Source: Pseudobdellovibrionaceae bacterium (lineage in GTDB: Bacteria > Bdellovibrionota > Bdellovibrionia > Bdellovibrionales > UBA1609). Taken from it: 44,404 bases of DNA. The stretch's first letter is position 1; each line of letters opens with the position of its first letter. The notes beneath the pieces were generated by a model, which was not told where the DNA came from, did no database searches, and saw only the letters and a list, made by a program, of their open reading frames with translations. The stretch spans positions 1 through 44,404 of the forward strand of contig NYZX01000007.1 of NCBI GenBank assembly GCA_002686065.1, read 5' to 3'. Below, piece by piece: positions 17,618 through 25,618 of the stretch. The translations under genes were made by a program, and so were the position numbers.

Positions 17618-18223
17618 ATGAAGTTCATCATCGCCACCCTAATTTCCGCAGCAGCAAGTCTGGCCGTCGCCGGAGTCGAAATCAATCAAGCAGCCCCTGA
17701 CTTTGAACTTAAAAGTAGCCAGGGAAAGACCGTGAAGCTTAGCGACCAAAAAGGAAAATGGGTCGTCCTTGAGTGGTTCAACAACGAATGCCCTTATGTC
17801 GAAAAGCACTACGGTACCCAGAACATGCAGTCCCTTCAAAAAAAATTCACCGAAAAAGGCGTTGTGTGGCTGACCATGGCGTCAAGCGCCCCGAACAAGC
17901 AAGGCCATATGACACCAAAACAAGCCAACAAAATCATCGCCGATCGTAAGGCCTCACAGACAGCGCTTCTATTAGACCCTTCTGGTCAGGTGGGCCGTTT
18001 ATATGACGCCAAAACCACACCACATATGTTTGTGATCAACCCCGAAGGTAAGGTCTATTATCACGGAGCCATTGACTCTGACAGCTCGTTCAAGCCCTCA
18101 ACCATCAAGGGCGCCAAGAACTATGTGGATATCGCACTCAGTGAAGGACTGGCGGGCAAAAAGCAGGCCTCGGTCAGCCCCCAAAAACCCTATGGATGCA
18201 GTGTAAAATACGCCAGTAAGTAA
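17618..18223 (+). CDS. periplasmic thioredoxin-fold (redoxin/AhpC-TSA-like) protein
   Basis: AAGGAGG SD, signal peptide, WVVLEWFNNECPYVEKHY and TPHMFVINPEGKV motifs. Confidence 0.75.
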   Translation: MKFIIATLISAAASLAVAGVEINQAAPDFELKSSQGKTVKLSDQKGKWVVLEWFNNECPYVEKHYGTQNMQSLQKKFTEKGVVWLTMASSAPNKQGHMTPKQANKIIADRKASQTALLLDPSGQVGRLYDAKTTPHMFVINPEGKVYYHGAIDSDSSFKPSTIKGAKNYVDIALSEGLAGKKQASVSPQKPYGCSVKYASK

Positions 18224-18232
18224 TAATTTTTT

Positions 18233-18279
18233 GCCGAAAGCCACAAAGACATTCATACTTTGCCGCTTTCGGCTTTTTT
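18233..18279 (+). terminator. rho-independent terminator
   Basis: GCCGAAAGC (18233..18241) pairs with GCTTTCGGC (18265..18273), followed by TTTTTT. Confidence 0.6.
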
Positions 18280-18306
18280 AGCACTCACCCCTGACAAGGA
18301 ACCTAT

Positions 18307-19107
18307 ATGAATCCTCAGTCTTTAACGGTCGCCTTTATTGCCCCTGTGATGATTCTAGTTCTACTTGTCGGTATCTACCTTTCAAACGTCCATCCTGGTT
18401 ACTTGGATTACTATCTAAAAGAAGACTATTACTTAGAATGGTGGTCCTTTCTAACCTTGGCTAGCACCAGCTTGATGACCATGATTGTTGGTCATCAACG
18501 GCGCATCAAGTACAACGAACCCTTCTGGTCTGTCGCCACCGCCGGCACCTTGTTGGTCGCTTTGGTTTTCTTTTTCGGTGCGGGCGAGGAGGTTTCCTGG
18601 TTACAACGAATCCTTGGTGTTGAATCCGGCGAGTTATTTCGGGCCCATAACAAACAAGCCGAAACCAATCTGCATAATATGGTCATCAACGGAGTCAGCA
18701 TCAACAAGCTGGTCTTTGGAAAAATTCTGACTCTGGCTATTGTTATTCACAATATTGTTTTGCCGATCATGGCCTTAAAAAACAAGAAGTGGCAAAACCT
18801 GGTCGAACGCTTTGGTTTATTTTTGCCATCCCCAAAACTGGTCGCGATCTATCTGATTGTTGTCATTGGAGTCTCGCTTCGACTGGTTGAACACGAACGC
18901 TTTCGAGAAATCATGGAGCTCGGCGGAGCACTTCATTATTCAGCCGCCATTTTTATGGCCTACGTTCTTGGTGTCTTCAACAGCAAACCTTTGGTCACTG
19001 ACCGTCATGGACAAACCACTGCCGTATACTTGTTTATCGGCATGACTTTGTTTAACGCCTTTATCGCATTGGTTTTGGCCGGCTTTAAACACAACCTTGC
19101 CGTCTAG
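18307..19107 (+). CDS. hypothetical integral membrane protein
   Basis: 266 aa, 6-7 TM helices, AAGGAA SD. No family recognised. Confidence 0.55.
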   Translation: MNPQSLTVAFIAPVMILVLLVGIYLSNVHPGYLDYYLKEDYYLEWWSFLTLASTSLMTMIVGHQRRIKYNEPFWSVATAGTLLVALVFFFGAGEEVSWLQRILGVESGELFRAHNKQAETNLHNMVINGVSINKLVFGKILTLAIVIHNIVLPIMALKNKKWQNLVERFGLFLPSPKLVAIYLIVVIGVSLRLVEHERFREIMELGGALHYSAAIFMAYVLGVFNSKPLVTDRHGQTTAVYLFIGMTLFNAFIALVLAGFKHNLAV

Positions 19108-19138
19108 GCTTGGCACGTTGTTCGCTTCATAGAACCCT

Positions 19139-19744
19139 ATGAAGCGATTAAATCAAAACAACCCCCACAATTACTTTCATGTCTCCGGATATTGTCCGTA
19201 TCCCGCCTGGCCCAGCGAATCTGTGTCCGATGTCTGGAGCGACTTCAACGATACTCTTGCCGACTTCGAAGACGACCATGTGAAAACTCACGCCTTCGTA
19301 TTGTTACCTGATCACTACGAATGGATCTGCTCGATGCCGGAGGATGCTGATGTCTTGGGAACTTTAAGCTGGTTTCAAGAATGCGTCGGATTCGTCACCC
19401 TTCACAGTGGCGCCAAATCGGAGTTCCGTGATTCAGCCATGGAGCCCCAGTCCTTTTTTATCGGCCCCCCCAATTACACCCAGCTGAATAGCTTAGACAC
19501 CTACAGACAGGCCTATTGCTATACCTACGGCAGCCCGACAGAAAACAAGTTAGTGGCAAAACCTCAACACTATCCCTACAGCACCATGCCCTATGTCTTA
19601 GGCTTGATGGAGGACAATCTTGGGTTCACTTGCTGGGATAATATGGGTTTGATTTCACACCCACAGGCGGTGTTCGACGAAATCGAGCTCTATTGGATGA
19701 TGTACCATAAACATATAATGGGCTCGGACGAGCCCACGAACTAG
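19139..19744 (+). CDS. RAYT / IS200-like Y1 transposase homologue with degenerate HUH motif
   Basis: HAFVLLPDHYEWIC aligns with the (M/L)P(D/N)H(V/M)H(L/C) HUH strand but reads H-Y-E. YCYTYGSPTENKLVAKPQHYPYST aligns with the Y-x-Y-x-NP...P-x-DYPWSS Tyr motif. Confidence 0.6.
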   Translation: MKRLNQNNPHNYFHVSGYCPYPAWPSESVSDVWSDFNDTLADFEDDHVKTHAFVLLPDHYEWICSMPEDADVLGTLSWFQECVGFVTLHSGAKSEFRDSAMEPQSFFIGPPNYTQLNSLDTYRQAYCYTYGSPTENKLVAKPQHYPYSTMPYVLGLMEDNLGFTCWDNMGLISHPQAVFDEIELYWMMYHKHIMGSDEPTN

Positions 19745-19745
19745 C

Positions 19746-20858
19746 TTACTTAATGGCTTCTCGGAGGTAGGCGGAGGCCGCATCCATCAACCAGACCACG
19801 ACAGCGATAACAATAACCAGTGTACCGACTTCGCCCCAGCGCAATTGCCCTTGAGCTTCAATCAGAAGGTCACCGATACCACCACCGCCGACAAGTCCGA
19901 TGATCGTGGCCATGCGAACATTAATGTCCCAACGGTAAATCGCAAAAGCGGTGTAAGGCAGAACAATCTGTGGAACAACGGCAAACCAAACCACCTGCAA
20001 GGGGCCGGCACCTGTCGATTTTATCCCTTCAACAGGACCATCACTTATTCCCTCGGCCAATTCCGAAAAGTTCTTCGTTAGAGACGCCACCGAATGTAGG
20101 AACAAAGCCAACATCCCCGCAAAGGGACCAACCCCAACCCAAACGGTAAACACGATGGCCCACACAAGGGCTTCAATCGAACGAGTGATATTCGTTACCA
20201 AACGCAAGACCGTGTAAATGCCGAAAGTAAACGAGTTACCACTCATGATGTTTTTTGCGCACAAGAAGCTAAGAACGAAAGCAATCGGAACTGCCAAGAC
20301 CGTCGCCATAAAGGCAATGAAGATCGTCTGTACCACGGCCTCAATGGCACGAGGAAGAATATGAAAATCCGGAGTCAGTATTCCTGTTAAAATTCGCTTC
20401 ACACCTTCAATGCCGTTGGCATCAAAAATTTCGATTAAACTGAAATCTGTAAAGGCAATGCCTGACTTCAGGGCGAAAACAAAAGCTAAAGCGAGTTCCC
20501 AGTTAGAAAAACTTAAATACCATGCGGTCTGACTTTGCTCGTCTCCGAACTGAGGCATGGCAAACACACTTTGACCCAAAGTCTTTATGCTAGCCTTCGC
20601 CTGAAGGACATAGGACAAAGCGCCACCGACAACTAAAAGCCCAAGACTAAGAAACGAGTAGTACTGAAGATCAATGTACCCTTCCGTTTCCGGTCCCACC
20701 ATGCTGATCACACTAAGGGCGAGAAACCAAAAAATGACCGCATCCAAAACCAACGATTTAAAAGCGACGTCGACTTTCTTTTTTTCCATCTGACTCACAC
20801 TTGAATCCATTCCACTTGCATCACTGTTTAGTAGGCTCACGACCGACCTCGCTTCCAA
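19746..20858 (-). CDS. phnE: phosphonate/phosphate-type ABC transporter permease (PhnE family) with N-terminal extension
   Basis: Permease core downstream of phnC. C-terminal GGGGIGDLLIEAQGQLRWGEV is typical of PhnE. Start ambiguous: TTG 20858, GTG 20840 with GAGG SD, or downstream ATGs. Confidence 0.75.
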   Translation of the reverse strand: MEARSVVSLLNSDASGMDSSVSQMEKKKVDVAFKSLVLDAVIFWFLALSVISMVGPETEGYIDLQYYSFLSLGLLVVGGALSYVLQAKASIKTLGQSVFAMPQFGDEQSQTAWYLSFSNWELALAFVFALKSGIAFTDFSLIEIFDANGIEGVKRILTGILTPDFHILPRAIEAVVQTIFIAFMATVLAVPIAFVLSFLCAKNIMSGNSFTFGIYTVLRLVTNITRSIEALVWAIVFTVWVGVGPFAGMLALFLHSVASLTKNFSELAEGISDGPVEGIKSTGAGPLQVVWFAVVPQIVLPYTAFAIYRWDINVRMATIIGLVGGGGIGDLLIEAQGQLRWGEVGTLVIVIAVVVWLMDAASAYLREAIK

Positions 20859-21626
20859 CTAATTAATATGTACTTCTTTAGCTTGCTCACCGTAAATGGT
20901 TTGAAACCATTCATCGGTAATGTCATCCGGCGATCCGTTGAACACAAGCTCCCCCTGCTTCAAGGCTATGACACGATCGGCGTACTGTCGAACCAGACTT
21001 AGAAAGTGAAGGTTACACACAACGGTGATCCCCAGCTCTTTGTTTACTTTTTTCAGATAATCCATCACCGTGTGGCAGGTTGCAGGGTCCAAACTTGCTA
21101 CAGGCTCGTCGGCCAATAAAATTTCAGGTGATTGTGTCAATGATCTCGCAATGGCAACCCGCTGTTGCTGACCACCCGACAACTGGTCGGCACGAATAAA
21201 AGCTTTTTCACGAATACCGACCAGGTCCAAATATTCCAGGGCCTTTTCACGGTCTTCGTCAGAATACTGTTTGAAAATGGAGGCCAAGGTCGGCGTTCGC
21301 GCTAAGGCTCCATTTAAAGCATTATCTAGAACACTCAATCGAGGCACTAAATTAAAATGCTGAAAGATCATCGCCACTTTTTTGCGAACTTCCTTCAGGT
21401 CCTTACCCTTCGCTCCGGTGATGTTCTTTCCTTTGAAATGAATTTCACCACCCGTTGGCGTGTGTAAATGATTAATACAACGAAGTAAGGTCGACTTACC
21501 CGAGCCACTCAACCCAATGACAACAAGAAACTCGCCCGGATTCACATCAAAGCTAACACCCTTCAGGGCTTTCACACCGTTGTCGTAAGTCTTTTCAACA
21601 TTTCTTACTTGAAGAATAGGTTCCAC
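20859..21626 (-). CDS. phnC: phosphonate ABC transporter ATP-binding protein
   Basis: Walker A GLSGSGKST, signature LSGGQQQR, Walker B LLADEP. GTG 21626 with GGGGGA SD preferred to TTG 21638. Confidence 0.85.
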   Translation of the reverse strand: MEPILQVRNVEKTYDNGVKALKGVSFDVNPGEFLVVIGLSGSGKSTLLRCINHLHTPTGGEIHFKGKNITGAKGKDLKEVRKKVAMIFQHFNLVPRLSVLDNALNGALARTPTLASIFKQYSDEDREKALEYLDLVGIREKAFIRADQLSGGQQQRVAIARSLTQSPEILLADEPVASLDPATCHTVMDYLKKVNKELGITVVCNLHFLSLVRQYADRVIALKQGELVFNGSPDDITDEWFQTIYGEQAKEVHIN

Positions 21627-21650
21627 AGAATCCCCCAACTGATCTAGGAA

Positions 21651-22556
21651 CTACTTTTCGCTAACAAGTTCCGAGGCGGTTTTTCCAACAGCTTTCAACA
21701 CATCACGGACAGAGTCATAGTCAGCATCTGTCGATTGGCGAAGCCCCGTCACACTAAACAGTTTATTAAAAGCATCTTTGCCGTCTTCGGTTTTAATGAA
21801 ATCAAGCATCGCCTTGGTTACAGCTTCTCGAATCGCTGGATTCAAATCTTTTCGGAAGACCACTGGGTCATTCGGAATAGGGTCTGTCAGTGAAATAATG
21901 CTGATTTCTTTTTCCACGTCCGGAAACTGAGTTTTCACCAAACGGCGAGCATCTAAAATTTTCCCATCGTGAGCTGGCGAGTGGAAGGTCGCTCCGACAT
22001 CAGCCTGATTTTGGTAAAGCATCGTAATTACAATATCGTGTTTGCGTGCGAAAATACGCTCGCCGGGCTGGATTCCCTTATCGACCAAAAGTTTTGCAGG
22101 CAATAGGTAGCCTGAGGTTGAGGCCGGATCGACAAAAGCAATTTTTTTACCTTGGATGTCTTCCAGCTTTTTGACCTCACCATCCGTTTTGGCAATGATC
22201 TGCCCACGATATTCGTAGTGGCCATAGCGCTCGACGGTTAAGCCGGCCTGGGCTCCATATTTTTCATGGGCCATAATATAGCCAAAGGTATTCATCGAGG
22301 CGATATCAGCCCGCTTCGTTCCGAAGGCCTCCACCACGGCGACATAACTGTGAGGAATTTTAATTTCAAATTTATAGGGCGTATTGGCCTCAAGGTAGCT
22401 TTCAAGGATTTTTGACTGATCCGAAATCACTTGGGCATCGACGGACGGCACGAAGAAAAACTTGATCGGATTTTTCTCGCTGCCCAAAGGTGCACGCTCC
22501 AGCGAACATCCCCATAGGGCCATTGATAATGAAAGTAAAATGACGAGCTGCTTCAC
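21651..22556 (-). CDS. phnD: phosphonate/phosphite/phosphate ABC substrate-binding lipoprotein (PhnD family)
   Basis: Lipobox LWGC. YVAVVEAFGTKRADIA and DPASTSGYLLP motifs. GTG start with GGGAG SD. Confidence 0.8.
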   Translation of the reverse strand: MKQLVILLSLSMALWGCSLERAPLGSEKNPIKFFFVPSVDAQVISDQSKILESYLEANTPYKFEIKIPHSYVAVVEAFGTKRADIASMNTFGYIMAHEKYGAQAGLTVERYGHYEYRGQIIAKTDGEVKKLEDIQGKKIAFVDPASTSGYLLPAKLLVDKGIQPGERIFARKHDIVITMLYQNQADVGATFHSPAHDGKILDARRLVKTQFPDVEKEISIISLTDPIPNDPVVFRKDLNPAIREAVTKAMLDFIKTEDGKDAFNKLFSVTGLRQSTDADYDSVRDVLKAVGKTASELVSEK

Positions 22557-22737
22557 GTACGACTCCCTGTTCTTCCCTCTGGGCGCTTATAACGGTTTGA
22601 CGCTGATTTGAAAACCAGTTTCCTGTTTTAACTGGAAAAGCTTTTTCGCCCCATCACCAACGCGAATCCCTAGGTCGGCTTGTCGCTGTGATTTTAGCCC
22701 GACAGGTTCTTGACATTACAAACCACAAGTATCTGTT

Positions 22738-22794
22738 ATGACTTATGTTTTGACTGATTTCTGACAAACTCTGTCAGAAGAAAGTGCCTACAAT
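22738..22794. promoter_or_regulatory. Pho-box-like repeats, 8-bp inverted repeat and TACAAT box in the phnD/PHP divergent region
   Basis: TGAC cores at 22739, 22751 and 22762 (11-12 bp phasing). CTGACA-AACT-CTGTCAG at 22761..22777, which is also the inverted repeat TTCTGACA/TGTCAGAA. TACAAT at 22789..22794, 6 nt before the ATG at 22801. Confidence 0.3.
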
Positions 22795-22800
22795 AGGTCT

Positions 22801-23547
22801 ATGTTTCTTGCTGATTTGCATGTTCATTCGACCTACAGCGATGGCCAGATGAGCCTTCCTGAAATCATTGATTTTTATGGATCGCGAGAGTTCGGCTGCA
22901 TTGCTGTGACGGATCATATTTGCGAGGCCAACACCCTTCTTGGTCAAGCCGCCAAATACTTAGAAAAAACCCTGACGGCTGAGTCATGGCCCTTCTATGT
23001 TGAAGAGCTGAAAGAACAGGCAGATCGCGCCTGGAAACAGTATCAGATGCTGGTTTTGACCGGCTTTGAGCTATCAAAAAATTCCATTTACAACCATCGC
23101 TCAGCTCACATCTTGGGGCTCGATGTGACGAATTTTGTCCCAGCAGATGGCGATGCTTTGGATCTAGCACGCCAGATTCGCGCCCAGAACGGTCTGGCGA
23201 TTGCAGCTCATCCGGTATCGACTCGAAGGTTTGAGCCTCAAACTTTCCACCTGTGGAATCGGCGCGAGGAACTTTCTTTAGAAATCGATGCCTGGGAGGT
23301 CGCCAGTGGCCCGTATATTTTCGATGAGGTTCTAAAAAGTGGCCTTCCCATGGTAGCCAGCAGTGACTTGCACGTCCCCGAGCAAATTTCTGCCTGGAAG
23401 ACGGTTTTTGAGTGTGAAAAACACCCCGAGGCGATTAAAAATGCTATCCGAACACAGGATATCAGTTTTCGGTTTTATAGGGACAAAGCCTTCCCTAGAA
23501 AGCAACGTCGACCCTTGGAGGTACCTCGGCATGTCAGTCCTTTCTGA
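22801..23547 (+). CDS. PHP-domain metal-dependent phosphoesterase
   Basis: N-terminal DLHVHSTYSDG ... IAVTDH and AAHP motifs. Confidence 0.8.
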   Translation: MFLADLHVHSTYSDGQMSLPEIIDFYGSREFGCIAVTDHICEANTLLGQAAKYLEKTLTAESWPFYVEELKEQADRAWKQYQMLVLTGFELSKNSIYNHRSAHILGLDVTNFVPADGDALDLARQIRAQNGLAIAAHPVSTRRFEPQTFHLWNRREELSLEIDAWEVASGPYIFDEVLKSGLPMVASSDLHVPEQISAWKTVFECEKHPEAIKNAIRTQDISFRFYRDKAFPRKQRRPLEVPRHVSPF

Positions 23548-24757
23548 CAACATTCAAACCCTACTGGCATCAGAAGCCTTAGACTTACTGACCCAATTGA
23601 TGCGTATTGACTCTCAAACCAAAAACATCGCTGGCGTCAATCAAGCCCAGGATCTACTGATCGATTTTTTAGCCCCTTTAGGGTTTCAACACGAACGCCT
23701 GCCTCATCATCGTGGGGATTATGGGGACTTACTTGTCCTTAAGCGTGAGGTCTCCCCGAAAGCTAAGACACTGACTTTTATTTTTCATGTCGATACCGTC
23801 CTGCCCCCACGCAGCGGCGAGCCTTTTTACCTTTGCCCAATGACAAAAAACTTGATTGGCCAAGGTGTTGCTGACTGTAAGGGCGGCATCGTTATCGCCC
23901 TGCTTGCCATTAAAAAATTTCTAGAAACGTCCAAGGATCAACTGAACCTACAAGTGATCAGCTCGCCCAATGAAGAGGTTGGATCGGTTGGCTTTTTAGA
24001 CATTTGCTCGGACCTCGGAAAACAAAGCGACTACCTTCTTGGCTTTGAACCGTCGCTTCCCGATGGCAGCGTGATTTCCTCTAGAAATGGAAACCGCTGG
24101 TACAACATCGAAGTTGAAGGTCGATCGGCCCATGCTGGCCGAGCCAACGGGGAAGAAATCAACGCCGCCCATGACCTTGCCTTAAAAATTGCCGAAATTT
24201 TAAAGCTAAAGGATAAATTTCCTAAAGCGAAACTAAATATTGGTTCCTTAGAAGGCGGCACCGGGCAATACAACATCGTTTGCGGCCAGGCTAGCGCCAA
24301 ACTGGATACCCGTTTTGAAGACCACTCGACCCGCAACCAATTACACCACCACATTGCCAAAATTTTAGAAACACCCATGGTGCGAGACCGCGATGGTGAA
24401 CCTGCCAAGTGTCGGTTTCATATCGACGACGACTGCCCTCCGATGGAATTCAAACCACCAGTCAAACCTTTGGCAGATCACTTTGTCGAGCTGATTCGGT
24501 CCATTGAAAAACGCGATATTGAACATCGCCACGCCACTGGAGCTGCCGATATCAACCACATGAGTTACCCGCATAACCTTTGCCTGGACGGGCTTGGAGC
24601 GGTTGGGGGTAGACTTCACCGTGAGGACGAGTATATTGAAGTAGATAGCCTGATGACTCGTAGCCAAGGGGTGGCCCAATTAGTTCATTTGATAGAAAAC
24701 GGAACTCTTTCCGCCGACGAAAGAAAACATTCGAACTTGGGGGTTCATCTATGTTAG
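23531..24757 (+). CDS. M20-family metallo-amidohydrolase (CPG2/ArgE/DapE-like)
   Basis: FHVDTV, GVADCKGG and SPNEEVGS motifs. ATG 23531 after GGAGG. The longer ORF from 23363 overlaps the PHP gene and is rejected. Confidence 0.8.
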   Translation: MSVLSDNIQTLLASEALDLLTQLMRIDSQTKNIAGVNQAQDLLIDFLAPLGFQHERLPHHRGDYGDLLVLKREVSPKAKTLTFIFHVDTVLPPRSGEPFYLCPMTKNLIGQGVADCKGGIVIALLAIKKFLETSKDQLNLQVISSPNEEVGSVGFLDICSDLGKQSDYLLGFEPSLPDGSVISSRNGNRWYNIEVEGRSAHAGRANGEEINAAHDLALKIAEILKLKDKFPKAKLNIGSLEGGTGQYNIVCGQASAKLDTRFEDHSTRNQLHHHIAKILETPMVRDRDGEPAKCRFHIDDDCPPMEFKPPVKPLADHFVELIRSIEKRDIEHRHATGAADINHMSYPHNLCLDGLGAVGGRLHREDEYIEVDSLMTRSQGVAQLVHLIENGTLSADERKHSNLGVHLC

Positions 24758-25602
24758 CTCCGGTCTTAAAAGCGACTCAAAAAGCGCTTCATCCGATGCA
24801 GGAATTTCGTTCGACTTTTTTAAAACGCAAGCTTCGTGCTTTCGAGCCTAAAGTCGTTTTCCGTACCGAGTACAAAGATTACGAAATCAAAACGGCTGAA
24901 ACCTTTGAAGAACTTCAGTCGGTACTGCGTCTGCGCTATGAGGTTTTTGTCAAAGAAGGCTTAAAGAAACGTAAGCTTTCGGGCGTCGACTTTGACCGCT
25001 ATGACTTGATGGGTGATCACGTTCTCATCCGCCGCAAGGACGACAAACGAGCCCTGGGAACCTATCGCTTGCTTTCATCCGAATTCACTGACGAATTTTA
25101 TTCGCAATCAGAATTCGACATGAGCGATTTCATCAACTCCCCTGGCAATAAATTAGAGCTTGGGCGCGCCTGTATCCACAAGGACTTTCGATCTGGCTCG
25201 GCCATCAGTATCGTTTGGAAAGGCCTCGGAAAATATGCTCAGCTAACTAAGGCGGATTACTTTTTCGGGTGCTCCAGTGTAAAAACCACCGACGCCAAAG
25301 AATCCATGGCTATTTTCCAAGAGCTAAAAACCGAACACTTCGACGGTCAGTTTGAAGTCAGACCTCTTCCTGAATTTCAGTTCGATAGCTATCCCAGTTT
25401 TGTCGAGCCCGAGATTCAAAAAATCGCAGTCGATAAGATTCCGACTCTTTTGAAGTCCTATCTGAAAGCAGGTTCTAAAATCGCCGGCCTTCCGGCCTAT
25501 GACCGCGACTTTCAGTGCATCGACTTTTTAACGATTTTGAATCTATCAAAAGTCGACCCAAGGTACCGCGAACGTTACTTTCAACACGACGATTCGATCT
25601 AA
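24751..25602 (+). CDS. OlsB/GlsB-type GNAT N-acyltransferase (lyso-aminolipid synthase-like)
   Basis: YEIKTAETFEELQSVLRLRYEVFVKE, DFDRYD, GDHVLI and GTYRL motifs match my recollection of the OlsB / hemolysin-like acyltransferase family. Start overlaps the M20 stop (ATGTTAG). Confidence 0.7.
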   Translation: MLAPVLKATQKALHPMQEFRSTFLKRKLRAFEPKVVFRTEYKDYEIKTAETFEELQSVLRLRYEVFVKEGLKKRKLSGVDFDRYDLMGDHVLIRRKDDKRALGTYRLLSSEFTDEFYSQSEFDMSDFINSPGNKLELGRACIHKDFRSGSAISIVWKGLGKYAQLTKADYFFGCSSVKTTDAKESMAIFQELKTEHFDGQFEVRPLPEFQFDSYPSFVEPEIQKIAVDKIPTLLKSYLKAGSKIAGLPAYDRDFQCIDFLTILNLSKVDPRYRERYFQHDDSI

Positions 25603-25618
25603 AAGAAAGCCTAAACCC

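Noticed and set aside
22611-22635. A hairpin CCAGTT/AACTGG followed by UUUU in the presumed phnD leader, read as a possible attenuator.
   Set aside because: The stem is only 6 bp and AT-rich, the loop is 9 nt and there are only 4 U. It is too weak to call without transcript data.
23363-23530. Long N-terminal extensions in the ORF track: M20 from 23363, purN to 31295, pirin to 11725, the response regulator to 12242, SIMPL from 12445, subunit III to 40120 and ctaB to 39052.
   Set aside because: In each case an internal ATG or GTG with an SD gives an N-terminus matching the family. The extension either overlaps the upstream gene or intergenic signals, or, for ctaB, contains a terminator hairpin.
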